Assembly (NCBI GenBank): GCA_024679065.1
Contig: JAGIQG010000004.1
Location: forward strand, 107,446,001 to 107,510,000
Direction: 5' to 3'
Source: Sphyrna mokarran
Taxonomy: Eukaryota
Length of the DNA: 64,000 bases
Part shown: positions 38,125 to 49,745 of the stretch, in pieces
Layout of the letters: each line of letters opens with the position of its first letter
How positions within the stretch are numbered: position 1 is the stretch's first letter
Program-made: the position numbers and the translations under genes
Notes under the pieces: generated by a model
The model's input: the letters and a program-made list of their open reading frames with translations, nothing else
Told to the model about the DNA's origin: nothing
Database searches by the model: none

Positions 38125-38625
38125 CTATATAGTGTCTTCATGATCTTAGCACATTCCAAAGTACTTTACAAAGTAATGTATTCACTGTCGCCATGTGGGA
38201 AACACATGTGGCCCCACAAACCACCTCAATTGTGGCTGGGATTGTCCTGTCCTGCTGCTGCCAACAAAAATTTGGCCGACTACCAAATTCTCTGTTCTGC
38301 TGGTAGCGGGCATGTGAAATTGGAGAATTTCGGCCAATGTTTTTGAAACATTTATAGTGGGGTAAATATTGGCCGGAATGCTGAGGATTACTTCCTATCT
38401 CTTTCTCTCCACAGTAGTACCATTTCATCTTTAAGATCCATCTGAGAGGCTGATCTTCAGTTTGACAGTCACCTGAAAGATTATACGTCTAACGGTCCAG
38501 TTCTCCTTCAGTATTACACAAATAAGTCAACCAAGATTTTTGTGCTCATAATCTCTGGAATAGGACCTAAACTCACACTTGGCTGAGTTATGAGGAATGC
38601 TGCCATCTGAGCAACTGCTGGCATC
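38125..38625 (-). mobile_element. Deu-type SINE with MITE at about 38233-38336
   Basis: Inverted Deu core (CACCTGAAAGA..CTCCTTCAGTATTACA) and tail. Confidence 0.55.
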
Positions 38626-38664
38626 TTCTTTACAGAATACTGGCATTGCCAATCAATTATTCGA

Positions 38665-38880
38665 TTACACCTCCTTCTTCTTCCAGCATTTTCTGTGATA
38701 CTCTCTCCTGCATTTCCTCATCCTCCCACTCCTCACCTTCTCATATGATTGGTGGTGGCAGGACTGTTCCCTTATAATGATCAGGTTATGTGGCATGCAA
38801 TGAACTACCATCAATCTTGATAACACCTCAGCTGAAGCAATAACTATGCTGTCAATGGCATCCTGCATAATGGGCAAGTC
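38665..38880 (-). mobile_element. Harbinger transposase C-terminal relic
   Basis: EVLSRLMVVHCMPHNLIIIR resembles the V.RI..CC.LHN motif and is followed by a GAG/GAA-rich (acidic) stretch. Confidence 0.5.
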
Positions 38881-39037
38881 TGCAGTTCATCTGAATCCTC
38901 TGTCACCTATTCTTGGAAAAGATTGGATGAATTGAAACTCTTTGTTTTAAGAGAGAGTCTCTGTGAAATGCTGCTGGAGATGTTAGCAAAATCTATGCAG
39001 CAATGTGATGCAAATCATAAACAGAGTCACAGAATAC

Positions 39038-39348
39038 ATCATAGAATTCCTTCAACGCAGAAGGAGACCATTCAGCCCATCGAACTTGCACCAACATCAA
39101 TCTCACTAGGCCCTATTCCTGTTGTCCCAGCTACTTATCCTGCAAATCCCCCTGACACTAAGGGGCAATTTAGCATGGCCAATCCACATAGTCTGCACAT
39201 CTTTAGACTATGGGAGGAAACCAGAGCACCCAGACGAAACCCACACAGCCACAAGGAGAATGTGCAAACTCCACGCAGATATTGACTTGAGGCTGATTCC
39301 TGGTATTGTGAAGCAGCAGTGCTAACCATTGTGCCCAACATGTTGCCC
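39038..39348 (-). mobile_element. HE1-like SINE, tail A
   Basis: Inverted head, V core and tail. Confidence 0.88.
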
Positions 39349-40669
39349 AACATGTTGAGATATTGCTTACATCTCCAGCATCAGAACAGGAGGAGCCAGA
39401 TGCAGAAATAGGGAGGCACAATCAACTCCCCAACCACAGGCAATACGGTCCTTGCCTTGCTTTGAGATTACAATTTATAATTTCAGCAATTGGCAGATTT
39501 CAGTGATGGTTGCTTTAATACAAAGAAAAGGTGTCTAAAGCATTTGTTTTCACTGAAATTTATTATAGGGATGAATAGCTCCTTAAAGATACGCTGAGAG
39601 GCCTTTTTCACCTCCTCCTCCTCCTCCATCATCCAGTAATATAGAGGTTCTGTGTGACCGCTCCTCACTCTCTCAGTCATATTCAATTTCCAGAGCAAGG
39701 CTTGCCTGGCCACTCACATTTTGCAGCCCCAACTTACCTCAACCCAAAATTTTAAGTCAACAACAAATTATTTCAGCATAACCAGATGATTCCTTGTGCA
39801 GTATTAAGACATTAGACAAGTAGGAGAAAGCTTCAACAACACACAGGATTGCAACAGCAACTAGAAGAAAGAATAAAATAGCTAATACTGTTAGAATTTT
39901 ATGATCTCTCTAAATACTGTTTGAGTGGGGGTCCTTCATACCACTTAACATCTTCTTCAGCTGTACAAGGTGCAGACAGGATTAAGTCTGGAGCAGGCCA
40001 TTCATGAATTGCATCTGTGGTGTCAAAACAGTATTGCACACTGATTAATGCTGCAATCTACCTGTTCTGCTTGCTACTGAACTCATTAGGTACATGCATT
40101 TTGTATTGGAAGTGTACATGCACATTTCAGCTAACGTTTTCAGTATTAAGGGGCTGAGCAGTGCCAAGGAAATGAGTGCTATGAAGCCCAATCTCTGCAT
40201 ATTCCAATAAGGCACAAACTTGAGAATTATTCATGTACAAGATATCCGGTGGACATCATAAATACACTGCCAACTGGATGAAGGATGTAAATTGTCCTGT
40301 GTTTCTTTTTTCATAATAATTTCTCACCTCATCTAATTGAACTTTGTTGCTAATTCTGTTTCAGTATTGAAATAAAAAAGTTTCATAGCTTCTCAATGGC
40401 TTTTCATGTCATATGGGTCTCATTAGCATAGTTAATGTTATCTTGCAGCTCTGCAAATGACTTCAGTGGAAAGGAAATCGAGTGGAGTCTTGCACTGCTT
40501 GTTTTGCACCCACACAAATTTGAACTTTACTCTCTAAACTCTTGTGTCAGAACTCTCAATTTGAATTCCTTCTTTTATCAAGGTTGAATTGTAGTCATCT
40601 CTAAGCAAGTTAGCTTTCATCAAGGAGTCACTGTGTTATATCTTCTCTTCAATTGTTTTATTGTGAATA

Positions 40670-41045
40670 TTTTGACTTGATTTATTATTATCACATGTGT
40701 TAGCATACAGCAAAAAGTATTGTTTCTTGCACGCTATACAGACAGAACATACCATTCATTGAGAAGGAACTGAGAGACTGCAGAATGTAATGTTACAGTC
40801 AGACTGAGGGTAGAGAAAAAGATCAACTTACTGTAAGGTAGTTCCATTCAAAAGCCTGTTGGCAGCAGGGAAGAAACTGTTCTTGAGTTGCTTAGTACTT
40901 GATCTCAGATTTTTGTATCTTTTTCCTGAGGGAAGAAGATGGAAGAGAGAATGTCCAGGGTGTGTGGGGTCCTTACTTGTGCTGGCTGCTTTGCCAAGTT
41001 GGTGGGGATTGAAGACAGAGTCAATGGATGACAGGCAGTTTGCAT
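40670..41045 (-). mobile_element. Rex1/Babar LINE 3' end
   Basis: Homologous to 21412-21790. Encodes RLKNSFFP-like text on the minus strand. Confidence 0.85.
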
Positions 41046-41430
41046 AATTACTAAAATTACGATTGCATGTTTACTAAAATTCATTTGTGATTTTCAAATT
41101 ATTGGCATGTAGTCAGCTTAGTTACTATCTCTCCTTTCCTTTCCCTGAGCCACAAATACTTGATCATGTGTTTGTACTGAGGTTGTCTTTGTTTTCTCAT
41201 GGTACTATTCTTTCTGATGCTGATGTTCTGTGGAAACATTCCTATTGGGCACTCTTAAACTTTCACTTTTATGAACACTTTTGAGGTATTTGTGCACATT
41301 TTTAAAAAGTGTGCAGCATTAAACAGTAGCAATCTCAGCTTGCAAGAGATGACCAAACATTAAGGCAGATTTTCAACTTACCATTTGGAGTGTAAAGTTA
41401 GCTTTTCCAATTGGATGTCCAATACCAATT

Positions 41431-41733
41431 GGGTGGCATGATGGCATAGTGGTTAGCACTGCTGTCTCACAATGCCAGAGACTTGGGATCGATTCCCGGC
41501 TTGAGTCACTGTCTGTGTGGAGTTTGCACATTCTCCATGTGTCTGCATGGGTTTCCTCCAAGTGCTCCAGTTTCCTCCCACAATCCAAACATGTGCAGAT
41601 TAGATGCATTGGCCATGTTAAATTCTCTCTCAATGTACCTGAACAGGCAATGGAGTGTGGCTACAAGGGGTTTTCATAGTAACTTCATTACGGTATGAAT
41701 GTACATCTATTGTGACTAATAAATAAACTTTAA
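41431..41733 (+). mobile_element. HE1-head SINE, tail B
   Basis: Head, V core and TTTTCATAGTAACTTCATT..TTGTGACTAATAAATAAACTTT. Confidence 0.9.
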
Positions 41734-42436
41734 AATATTTTATTTATGGAAGCTATTCATATATAAAGTTAAGTTTGTTGATTCATAAGAGGGACAATTG
41801 CAAAACAATTACATTTAATACTTGCATCAAGGAAGCAGCATCCTGGTCAAATTGAAATGTCTTTTTCCAAATTCCAGTCCCCTGCTGAGTGGTTAACAGT
41901 GGTGCCTGAGCTTTCCATACCAGCGGTTAATGACAGCTCATGAATCAAAGGCTTTATTCCACAACACCAGTGCAGATTTATGTATCTACGGAGCAAGTTG
42001 CAGATGCACAGCTGTCACTTTTCTGCCCAAACTGTCATGAATGACTGAAATCTAGTTTATAAGGTGCTTTCTTCATTAAGTGTGAAGAGCAACAGACCAT
42101 CCAGAGAGCAGAGGAGTATGAAGTATCTCTGGCCTCTAAAGAAGTGTAAGCCATGATTCTCATAAGACAGCTGGTCGAGTTACAAAAAGACCTGGAGTAG
42201 CGAATAATGCTGAAGTAGTTCCTACTGTACTGTAAGTTTTTTTCCTTCTTTGTGTAGGAGAATATTATAAAAGCTGCAGAGGAGATTCATAGAACAGAAA
42301 TCCACATGCGCTCCCACTGCTACTGAAGTATCAAATTCTGAACGTAGAAAGCATGGATGAATGTTGAGCGCTCTGAAGTCTGTACAAACACGTGCACAAT
42401 TGTTTCTAAACAACCAGAAGGCTAATAACTACTCAC

Positions 42437-42505
42437 AGGAAAACTTCTGAATGATTCTCTTCTCTTCCATTTCCTTTACATCTTGTCTAAATAAGCAGCA
42501 GGAAA
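42437..42505 (-). other. Candidate 69-nt internal exon of an unidentified minus-strand transcript
   Basis: Acceptor TTTTGTTTCTGTTGTTCTTTTACAG, donor GTGAGT, length divisible by 3, one open frame (SCCLFRQDVKEMEEKRIIQKFS), in non-repetitive sequence. Confidence 0.35.
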
Positions 42506-42996
42506 CTGTAAAAGAACAACAGAAACAAAACCTCTTTTCTCTTCACTGATTTAGCGTATAAAGCCCATGGTTGCCCCACAGTCCAACTTTTCCCTAGAAA
42601 ATATTCCTAATACTTCACTATTGAATCTGCAAGTTAAATTTTCCAAACATCAAGAACTTCACATGGAGTCACAGCAACATCATTCCTTGAATCAAGCATG
42701 AACATCACTAAGGCATTCCACAGGTGGATGCCTGTTATTTTTCTGGAATATCTGAAGGCATGAAACTACTCTTGGGTTTTGAGCATCTACATTTTATTCT
42801 TCATTTCTGAATTCAAATCTTCCAGACCTATTTAGGAACGAACACAAAAGGAAAATTCTTTTCCTAGAAAATATAGGGAGGGCCCTGATTTTCTTAAACA
42901 ATCTTGATCTGAGGGAACAAAAGCCCAAATTTCCTGTGCTGAGCTTGTAGCAAGTTTGTGCTACTAGAACAGACCAAAAACTTGTGAACATGTTAT

Positions 42997-43250
42997 GATG
43001 TAGAGATGCCCATGCTGGACTGGGCACAGTAAGAAATTGGATGAATATATGGGACTTAATAGAATTGAGGGTTAATAATAAGCCTAGTAAGTATGGGTAT
43101 CATTGGCGCAACTTGTGGGCTGAAGGGTCTGTTTGTGCTGTAGTTTTTTCTATGTTCTATGTTCTCTAAGTCTCACAGTACCAGGTTAAAGTCCAATAGG
43201 TTTATTTGGAATTACGAGCTTTTGGAGCACTGCTCCTTCAGCAGGTGAGA
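42997..43250 (-). mobile_element. Penelope pLTR end with a short young CR1 3' tail inserted (about 43033-43146)
   Basis: Same pLTR text as 7494 and 10244, split by GGCGCAACTTGTGGGCTGAAGGG..TTCTATGTTCTATG, which matches the 17950-18016 tail. Confidence 0.8.
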
Positions 43251-43926
43251 CTCTGAGATAAAGGAGCAGGTCAATTCACTGTCCTGATGGTATTGATTTC
43301 ACAAGGTAAGATGGATGTGTGAAGACGGATCAATCATGTTGGCAAAAGTACAGAATTTTCAGTACAAGCAGTATAGAAGGAGTCAGATATACAGCCTGGG
43401 TCAGAGCTTCTTGTCTGTTGCCAGCTGGAAGTTAAAATGGCAGACTGAGTATGCAGCATAGAAAGACAATACTACTAGTCATACAAACTAGAGGGCCATA
43501 TCATATGGCTCCCAACTCTCCACTCTGGCTTTAATAAAGGATCCATATCACTCACCTAGGTACCCAAGATTGCGGAATGTCTCAACCATTAAGAAAGGAA
43601 AGTTGTGAGGCCATTTTTTTAGCAGACAAAGCAGACTCCTAGCCAGCCTGGGTTATGAAGTGCAGATGATCTTTGCATAACTCTGAATTTGGTCTGTGCC
43701 ATCAGCCCATAAGTTCCAATAGCTGGCAAAAATATATAGTCATCCAAAAGTAGAAAAAAATTGCAAACTTACACATCTTGAGCAGCTTTGCCAAAACTAC
43801 CAAGGAGTGCAGCAGCCTCTGACTCACAATACAGCCACCTGACCAAGGCCCCGGTACATCACAAGAGATTTCTAACCACAGCCCTTATGACACAGCAGTC
43901 TGGGAATTCCCATGGATGAACACTGC

Positions 43927-43968
43927 ACTTGCCTGAGGAAGACACAAGAGTGTTGAAAGCTCGCGGAT
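43927..43968 (+). ncRNA. Minimal type I hammerhead ribozyme motif in a Penelope pLTR remnant
   Basis: CTGAGGA-A-GACAC/AAGA/GTGTT-GAAA-GC-TC with short stem I (TTGC/GCGG), followed by AAATAAA..GTTGGA..TGGTGTTG..TTCTTACTG pLTR text. Confidence 0.65.
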
Positions 43969-44274
43969 TTACTATCAAATAAATCGGTTGGATTAATAAG
44001 TGGTGTTGCTAAATTCTTACTGAATTCCCATGGAGATCCAGGTTCCAAAAGGTAGTTTTACAGTGAAAACTGAAGGATTCCCCTGATCATATAAAAGTAT
44101 GTATATTTGTACTTTTTTTGCTCTTTCTCTCAAGTAGCTAATTGGTTCAACTGTTATTGGCTCACTCAAAACTATAATTTTTAAATTTATTTTAGTTATT
44201 GAACATTATTATGTAATATGTATAAATAAGCAAATATTTTATTTGTTTCAAATTTGTGAAAGTACTAATTAGAG

Positions 44275-44725
44275 TCATAGATTCATAGGGATGAATTTTC
44301 CCATTCCACCTGCCATGGGAATCGTAGCAGGTGAGGGGCAGGCAATAGAAAACAACAATTGGCCTTGGGCAGGATTTTCCAGTTTTGGGCCAAATGCGGC
44401 TGGAAAATCCCACCCATAGAATCCCTATAGTGCAAAAGGAGGCCATTTGGCCCATCAAGCCTGCACTGACAACAATTTCTCTGAACCCTATCCCCATGAA
44501 TTTATGTTGCTAATCCCCCCGACACTAGGGTCAATTTAACATGGCAAATCAACCGACCATGCACATCTTTGGACTGTGGGAGGAAAGTGAAGCACCCGAA
44601 GGAAACTCATGCAGACACAGAAAAAATGTGTAAGCTCCAAACAAACAGTCACCCAAGGCTGGAATTCAACACAGGCCCCTGGATCTGTGAGGTAGCAGTG
44701 CTCAATACTGTGCCATCTGTCACCC
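44275..44725 (-). mobile_element. HE1-like SINE, tail A, with a MITE (44288-44415) inserted in its tail
   Basis: ATA|GGGATGAATTTTCC...GGAAAATCCCACCC|ATA splits the (CATAGA) tail repeats. Confidence 0.85.
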
Positions 44726-45394
44726 TAAATCTGCATTGTATTATTATGTAACTTTTTAATATGTATGGAAAGCTTATAAGTGTTTGTGTGTTTTAATTTA
44801 GAATATAGTCAGAACTTCTTAAATCATGATTTAGATGTCTGCATGAGATCAATCAAAAAAGAGTTCACATTTTGGGCATTGGAAAATCTAGATGTGTTTA
44901 TTGTTAGTATTCTTTTGCCTTGCTTACTTTATCTATAATTCTCATACTTAACTGTTCTGTATGTTCCAATGAAGTATAATTACATATTTAAATATTTATT
45001 ATGTTTCAACAAAGCATTAGTAGAATTTTGTAGTTTAATGGAAAATATTTATTAACAAAAATAATGTCATAAATACAAAACTTTGATATCATGTTAACAT
45101 TTAACGAACATTCTACTTCCGCAGCTGCACTGACATATTTAATTGCCTTTTCTTTGCAAGTTTCTTACACAATATATATTTCTCTAACAATAACCAATAA
45201 AATATTTAAACAATAACACAACAATTCTGTTGTTGCTAAACAAGGAGATGAGAGATGGATATGCGGTGGGTAAGGAGGGGAAGGGATAAAAGAGAGGGGG
45301 AGAATGGGAGAAGGAGCTGGAGGGGGAGGAAAAGGAGGAAACGGGTGAGGGAAGGGTTTGGATTTTATATGTAGTGTGACTCTTCCATACCTTC

Positions 45395-45620
45395 GACACA
45401 AGAATTGTTTCTTCCCTACTGCCATCAGACCTTTGAATGGACCTACATCGCATTAAGTTGATCTTTCTTTACACCCTAACTTTGAATGTAACACTACGTT
45501 CTGCATTCTCTCGTTTCCTTCTCTATGAACGATGTGCTTTGTCTGTACAGCATGCAAGAAGCAATACTTTTGACTGTATGCTAATACATGTGATAATAAT
45601 AAATCAAATCAAATCAAATC
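45395..45620 (+). mobile_element. Rex1/Babar LINE 3' end
   Basis: CAAGAATTGTTTCTTCCCTACTGCCATCAGAC..TACATGTGATAATAATAAATCAAATCAAATCAAATC. Confidence 0.85.
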
Positions 45621-46035
45621 TATGCCTCCATCAAAGTCTCAAAAAGAATTTCAGTTAAGAATCAGGATAAAATTGTAATATTCCAGTGATGGTGGAACAT
45701 GACTCCAGATTTTCAAGCTGCACTGGATTCTGTAATATTGAGTTCACATCAGCTTACAGGAAACATCTTAAGTGATTTGCCTTCCTAAAGCAATTGAACT
45801 AGCCTTTTTACACAAGGGTCAGGGAAACTCTTAAAACATATTAAAAAACTGCTTAAAATATATTGCAAAATCCAAATGCTGAAATTCATTCCAAATACTA
45901 ACATCCATGTTGTTATATATGAACATTTTTAATGGAATTAGTTGCCATGACAAAGCTGTAAAAGAAAATCATTCTTTCACTTTCTGTGCTTTACTTATAC
46001 ATTAAACAATTTTTTCAAACATGTACCAATAAAAT

Positions 46036-46300
46036 AGGGGTGGTACAGTGGGTTAGCATTGCTATCTAACAATGCTAAGGACCTGGGTTCAATTCCCAGC
46101 TTGGGAGTCACTGTCTGTGTGGAGTTTTCTCTGTATGTTTCCTCCCACAGTCTGAAAGACATGCTGGTTAGGTGTATTGGTCTTGCTAAATTCTCCCTCA
46201 GTGTACCTGAACAGGCACTGGAGTGTGGTGGCTGGAGAATTTTCACAGTAACTTAATTGTAGTGCTAATGTAAGATGACTTCTGACTAATAAATAAACTT
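46036..46300 (+). mobile_element. HE1-head SINE, tail B
   Basis: Head, partial V core, tail B. Confidence 0.88.
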
Positions 46301-47444
46301 CTTTTTAAAAATAACCAAGCCAAATAATGTCTCTATGTGATGCAGCTAGACCAAAAAATAAGTGCAAATAAATGAGGGCACAAACTCACCTAACAACAGT
46401 GCAAATGGCAAAGGTTTCAACACAGTTGCGCTTAGGACTGGCAGCTTTCAGACCCTTGATCAAAGGCTTAAAATTGGCGCTCTTTCTGTGCACATGCGCA
46501 TGCCCCAGGACTTCTGTGCCATTCTATGTGCATGTCTGGCACTTAATCAATGTAACCTAGCATTACGGACTGGAAGTTACATATATGTCACTGGTGGTTT
46601 TTCAGAGATCATGAGGTGTGAATTACTTTGATAATGTCAGGTAGTTCCTTCCGTTCAAGGGACACAGACATATAGATTTAATTATGTTAAGCCTGCGTCC
46701 GGTTTAATTTTTTTTAAACGTAGCAATGAGCATATTTCCATATATGATAAAAGTACATGGGGTGACATCTTAGTCCTTCACACTTGTGAAGCCTTATACT
46801 AAGCCTTATCCTGAACACAGAAAAATGTACAATACAAGTTAAATCTTTAGACTCAGAGAAGCTAAGTACCGCAACAATAATAACATATTGTGGCGATGGC
46901 AAAGACAATGGGAAAAACACTTAGTAAACAAGCCAGGGACTGAAAGAAGCAGCAAGCAAACTGATTTCAAGGAAAGCAAAAGATCTGGAAGAAAGGTTGG
47001 AGTGGAGAAGCCATGGAGAAAACCTTACCCTTTAGCAAAGTGCTTGATCGAGTAGAAGACCCGGATCAAGCCGAAAAGTGGCAGAATTGGTGTTGTAGGT
47101 TTACTAGGTACAGACAATTTTGGGACTAGCAGAGAAACCTGGCAAGGGCCAGGCCAGCCCAGTTCAATACCATTTCTCTCTGGCGCAGGCAATAAATAAT
47201 ACAGACAACATCATGATCAGACAGAGCGTAAATAAGGAAACGCGATATACAAGGATATAAAAGATTTTGATAAAAATTTCAATTGGGGAAGGAACACAAT
47301 CAGAGAAAAGGCAAAGTTTGTTAATCTATCTATCTTTGTCTTAAAAACATTCATTAACATCGCATATACAACTCTTAGCTAAAAAGAGTTCCAAAAATTC
47401 CCAACCCTCTAAAAGAAATGATTTATTCTCATCTCCATTTTAAA

Positions 47445-48775
47445 TGGGAGAATCTTTGGGTGGGATCTGGAGCCTGCATGTGACATCCCTGAAAATGCTG
47501 GCAGGGTTTCAATGTCTGGCAAAACCTGGAAATTGCGAATCTTGCCTACGAGATCCTTCCCACCAGGTGTGTAAAGGTGAATACAGTCCCGGGGAGAGAG
47601 ATTTGTCCCGGCAGTGGCTTGGCAGTACCTTCTGGGGAATTCATTGATATATGATGCTGGGTGGGAATAGACATGGAAACTTGGAATGCTGCCAATGGGG
47701 GACATGGCGATGGCTGTGAGGTTGAGGGTGAAGGGGTCCAATGTTTGGGGGATAGGGAGGAGTGCAAGTACTGGCTGCTAGATGGGGGAAAGAGAGCATG
47801 AAATGCTGGCATTGACTGGGGAACTACTGAAATATTTAACTTGCCACTTATTAGCCGACTGGGGATAAAAGTCTCTGGCCGGCTAATATCTCCCCAGCCC
47901 CTCATCCCGCCCCACTCCGCCAATGCCCGGAGTGTTTCACTCCATTGGGGTTTACAGAGACTCTCCATGAGCAAGAAGCTGTGGCTCTACCCTACTGGAG
48001 TGAAGTGGGCCATGGAGACGCCCCCCAGCAGATCAGGGTTGAGGGGGGATTGACTGCTGGGCATTGCCAAACTGGTAGCGTCAGCCTTGCCCCTTTGACA
48101 CTGCCCAAGGAGCAAAGAGGCAAAGCCAAGGACACCTTGGTATCATCGACTGGACATCAGGAAGTGCCAAGTAGGTGAGGCCAGAGTGGGGAGGGTCTAT
48201 TGTGGGGCAGACTTGTGGGGGCAGGAGATCATTGTGGGTGGGAGGGTCCCGCTACCACCCTGCAGAGATCAGTGACAGAGGAAGGGAGGACAGTGATCAG
48301 GGCTGACCATCTGAGTGGGGGTGGGGTCAGCCAGCTGGAGGGTGAAACATGTCAAGTCTTTGTCAACATGTCAAGTATTTTGTTGGGAGACGCGGATGGG
48401 GGATCGAAAAGCAGGAGATTGGGACTGCTGAGGAAGGGGGGATTGAAGTGGGAAGGAGGGGCTTGGTCGAGGCTGGCATGGATTTATCTGGGAAGCCAAC
48501 AATTAGTGGTGGGGGTTTGGAAGGGCAGCAATAAGGGGGGTCATGGCGCTCACCAGCAATCAGGGAGGCTGGCAGTGCAGGACCACTGTGTATGAACCAA
48601 TCTCCACTCTGACAAATCGACCAACACGTGCGCAAAGGCTTGCTCAGCATTATACTGCAAACCTCTCCAGCAGGAAAACGCCCCGTCCCCAATTATCAGC
48701 CCAAAGCATTACGGGGCATTCTGTGGTTCTCAGAATGAGCTTGGCATTTAAAATTTATTTGGGAGAATCCTGGTT
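47445..48775. mobile_element. GC-rich Harbinger-like non-autonomous element
   Basis: Collinear similarity to 207-1115. Begins GGGAGAATCTTT and ends near GGGAGAATCC. Confidence 0.5.
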
Positions 48776-48789
48776 GTGGTTGTTAAATT

Positions 48790-49745
48790 TACTAAAGATA
48801 CAAAAATAGGAAGCAGAGTAAGTTGTGAAGAAAACATAGGAGGCTACAAAGAGATATGCATAGATTAAGTGATTGGGCAAATGGAGTCTAAAGTGGAAAA
48901 TGTGAAGAATAAAAAAGAAGCATATTAACTAAATGGTGAGAGACTTCAGAGTTCTGAGTTGCGGAGGGATCTCGGTGTCCCTTGTGCATGAATCTCAAAA
49001 AGTTGGTATGCAAGCAATTAGGAAAGCAAGTAAAATATATTGTTAATATAAGAGGAATTGCAACAAAAGTAAAAAGTTATGCTTAAATTATACAAAGCAT
49101 TATAGGTGGGATTTTATGACATCAATCATTCCAAAACTGTAAAATCCCACCCGAGATCAATGAATCTTTCCATAATCCGCCTCTTGCCCACTTTGAGTCC
49201 TGTACTGCGCGGAACAATAAAATTCCGGTTCATATCTGTACCATGTACAATATTAGTCTCCTTATTTAAGGATGGATATAAATGCATTGGAAGCAGTTCA
49301 GAGAATGTTTACTAAACTAATATTTGTACTTGGTGGGTCATCTTTTGAGGAAAACTTGGACATTCTTAGCTTGAGTTTTGAAGAATCAGAGGCAACTTAG
49401 TTGAAATGTATAACATCCTGAGGGATCTTCACAGAGTTGATATGGAAAAGATAGTTCCTCTTGTGAGCAAGTCTAGAACTGAGAGTCACTGTTTAAAAGT
49501 AAATGTTCACTCATTTAAGGCAGGATGCAGAAAATTAATTTTGCACAGATGTTTATGATACTTTAGAACTCTGTTCCACAAAGGGTGATGGAGGCAGGGT
49601 AAATTAATATTTTTAAGGTAAAGGTATAAATTATTAATGAGCAAGGAGGGAAGTTAGTGGAGCTAGGAAGGAATGTGTGTTTGAGGGTTACAATCAAATC
49701 AGCCATGAACTTATTGAATAGAGAAGGGTTAAGTGGTCTAATTTG
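48790..49745 (+). mobile_element. CR1 3' fragment with MITE at about 49105-49225
   Basis: QRDLGV and EAVQRMFT motifs; AAATCAGCCATGAACTTATTGAAT tail. Confidence 0.75.

Noticed and set aside
42258-42326. Possible plus-strand terminal exon (ENIIKAAEEIHRTEIHMRSHCY*)
   Set aside because: Only an acceptor supports it, with no nearby polyadenylation signal and no recognised protein.
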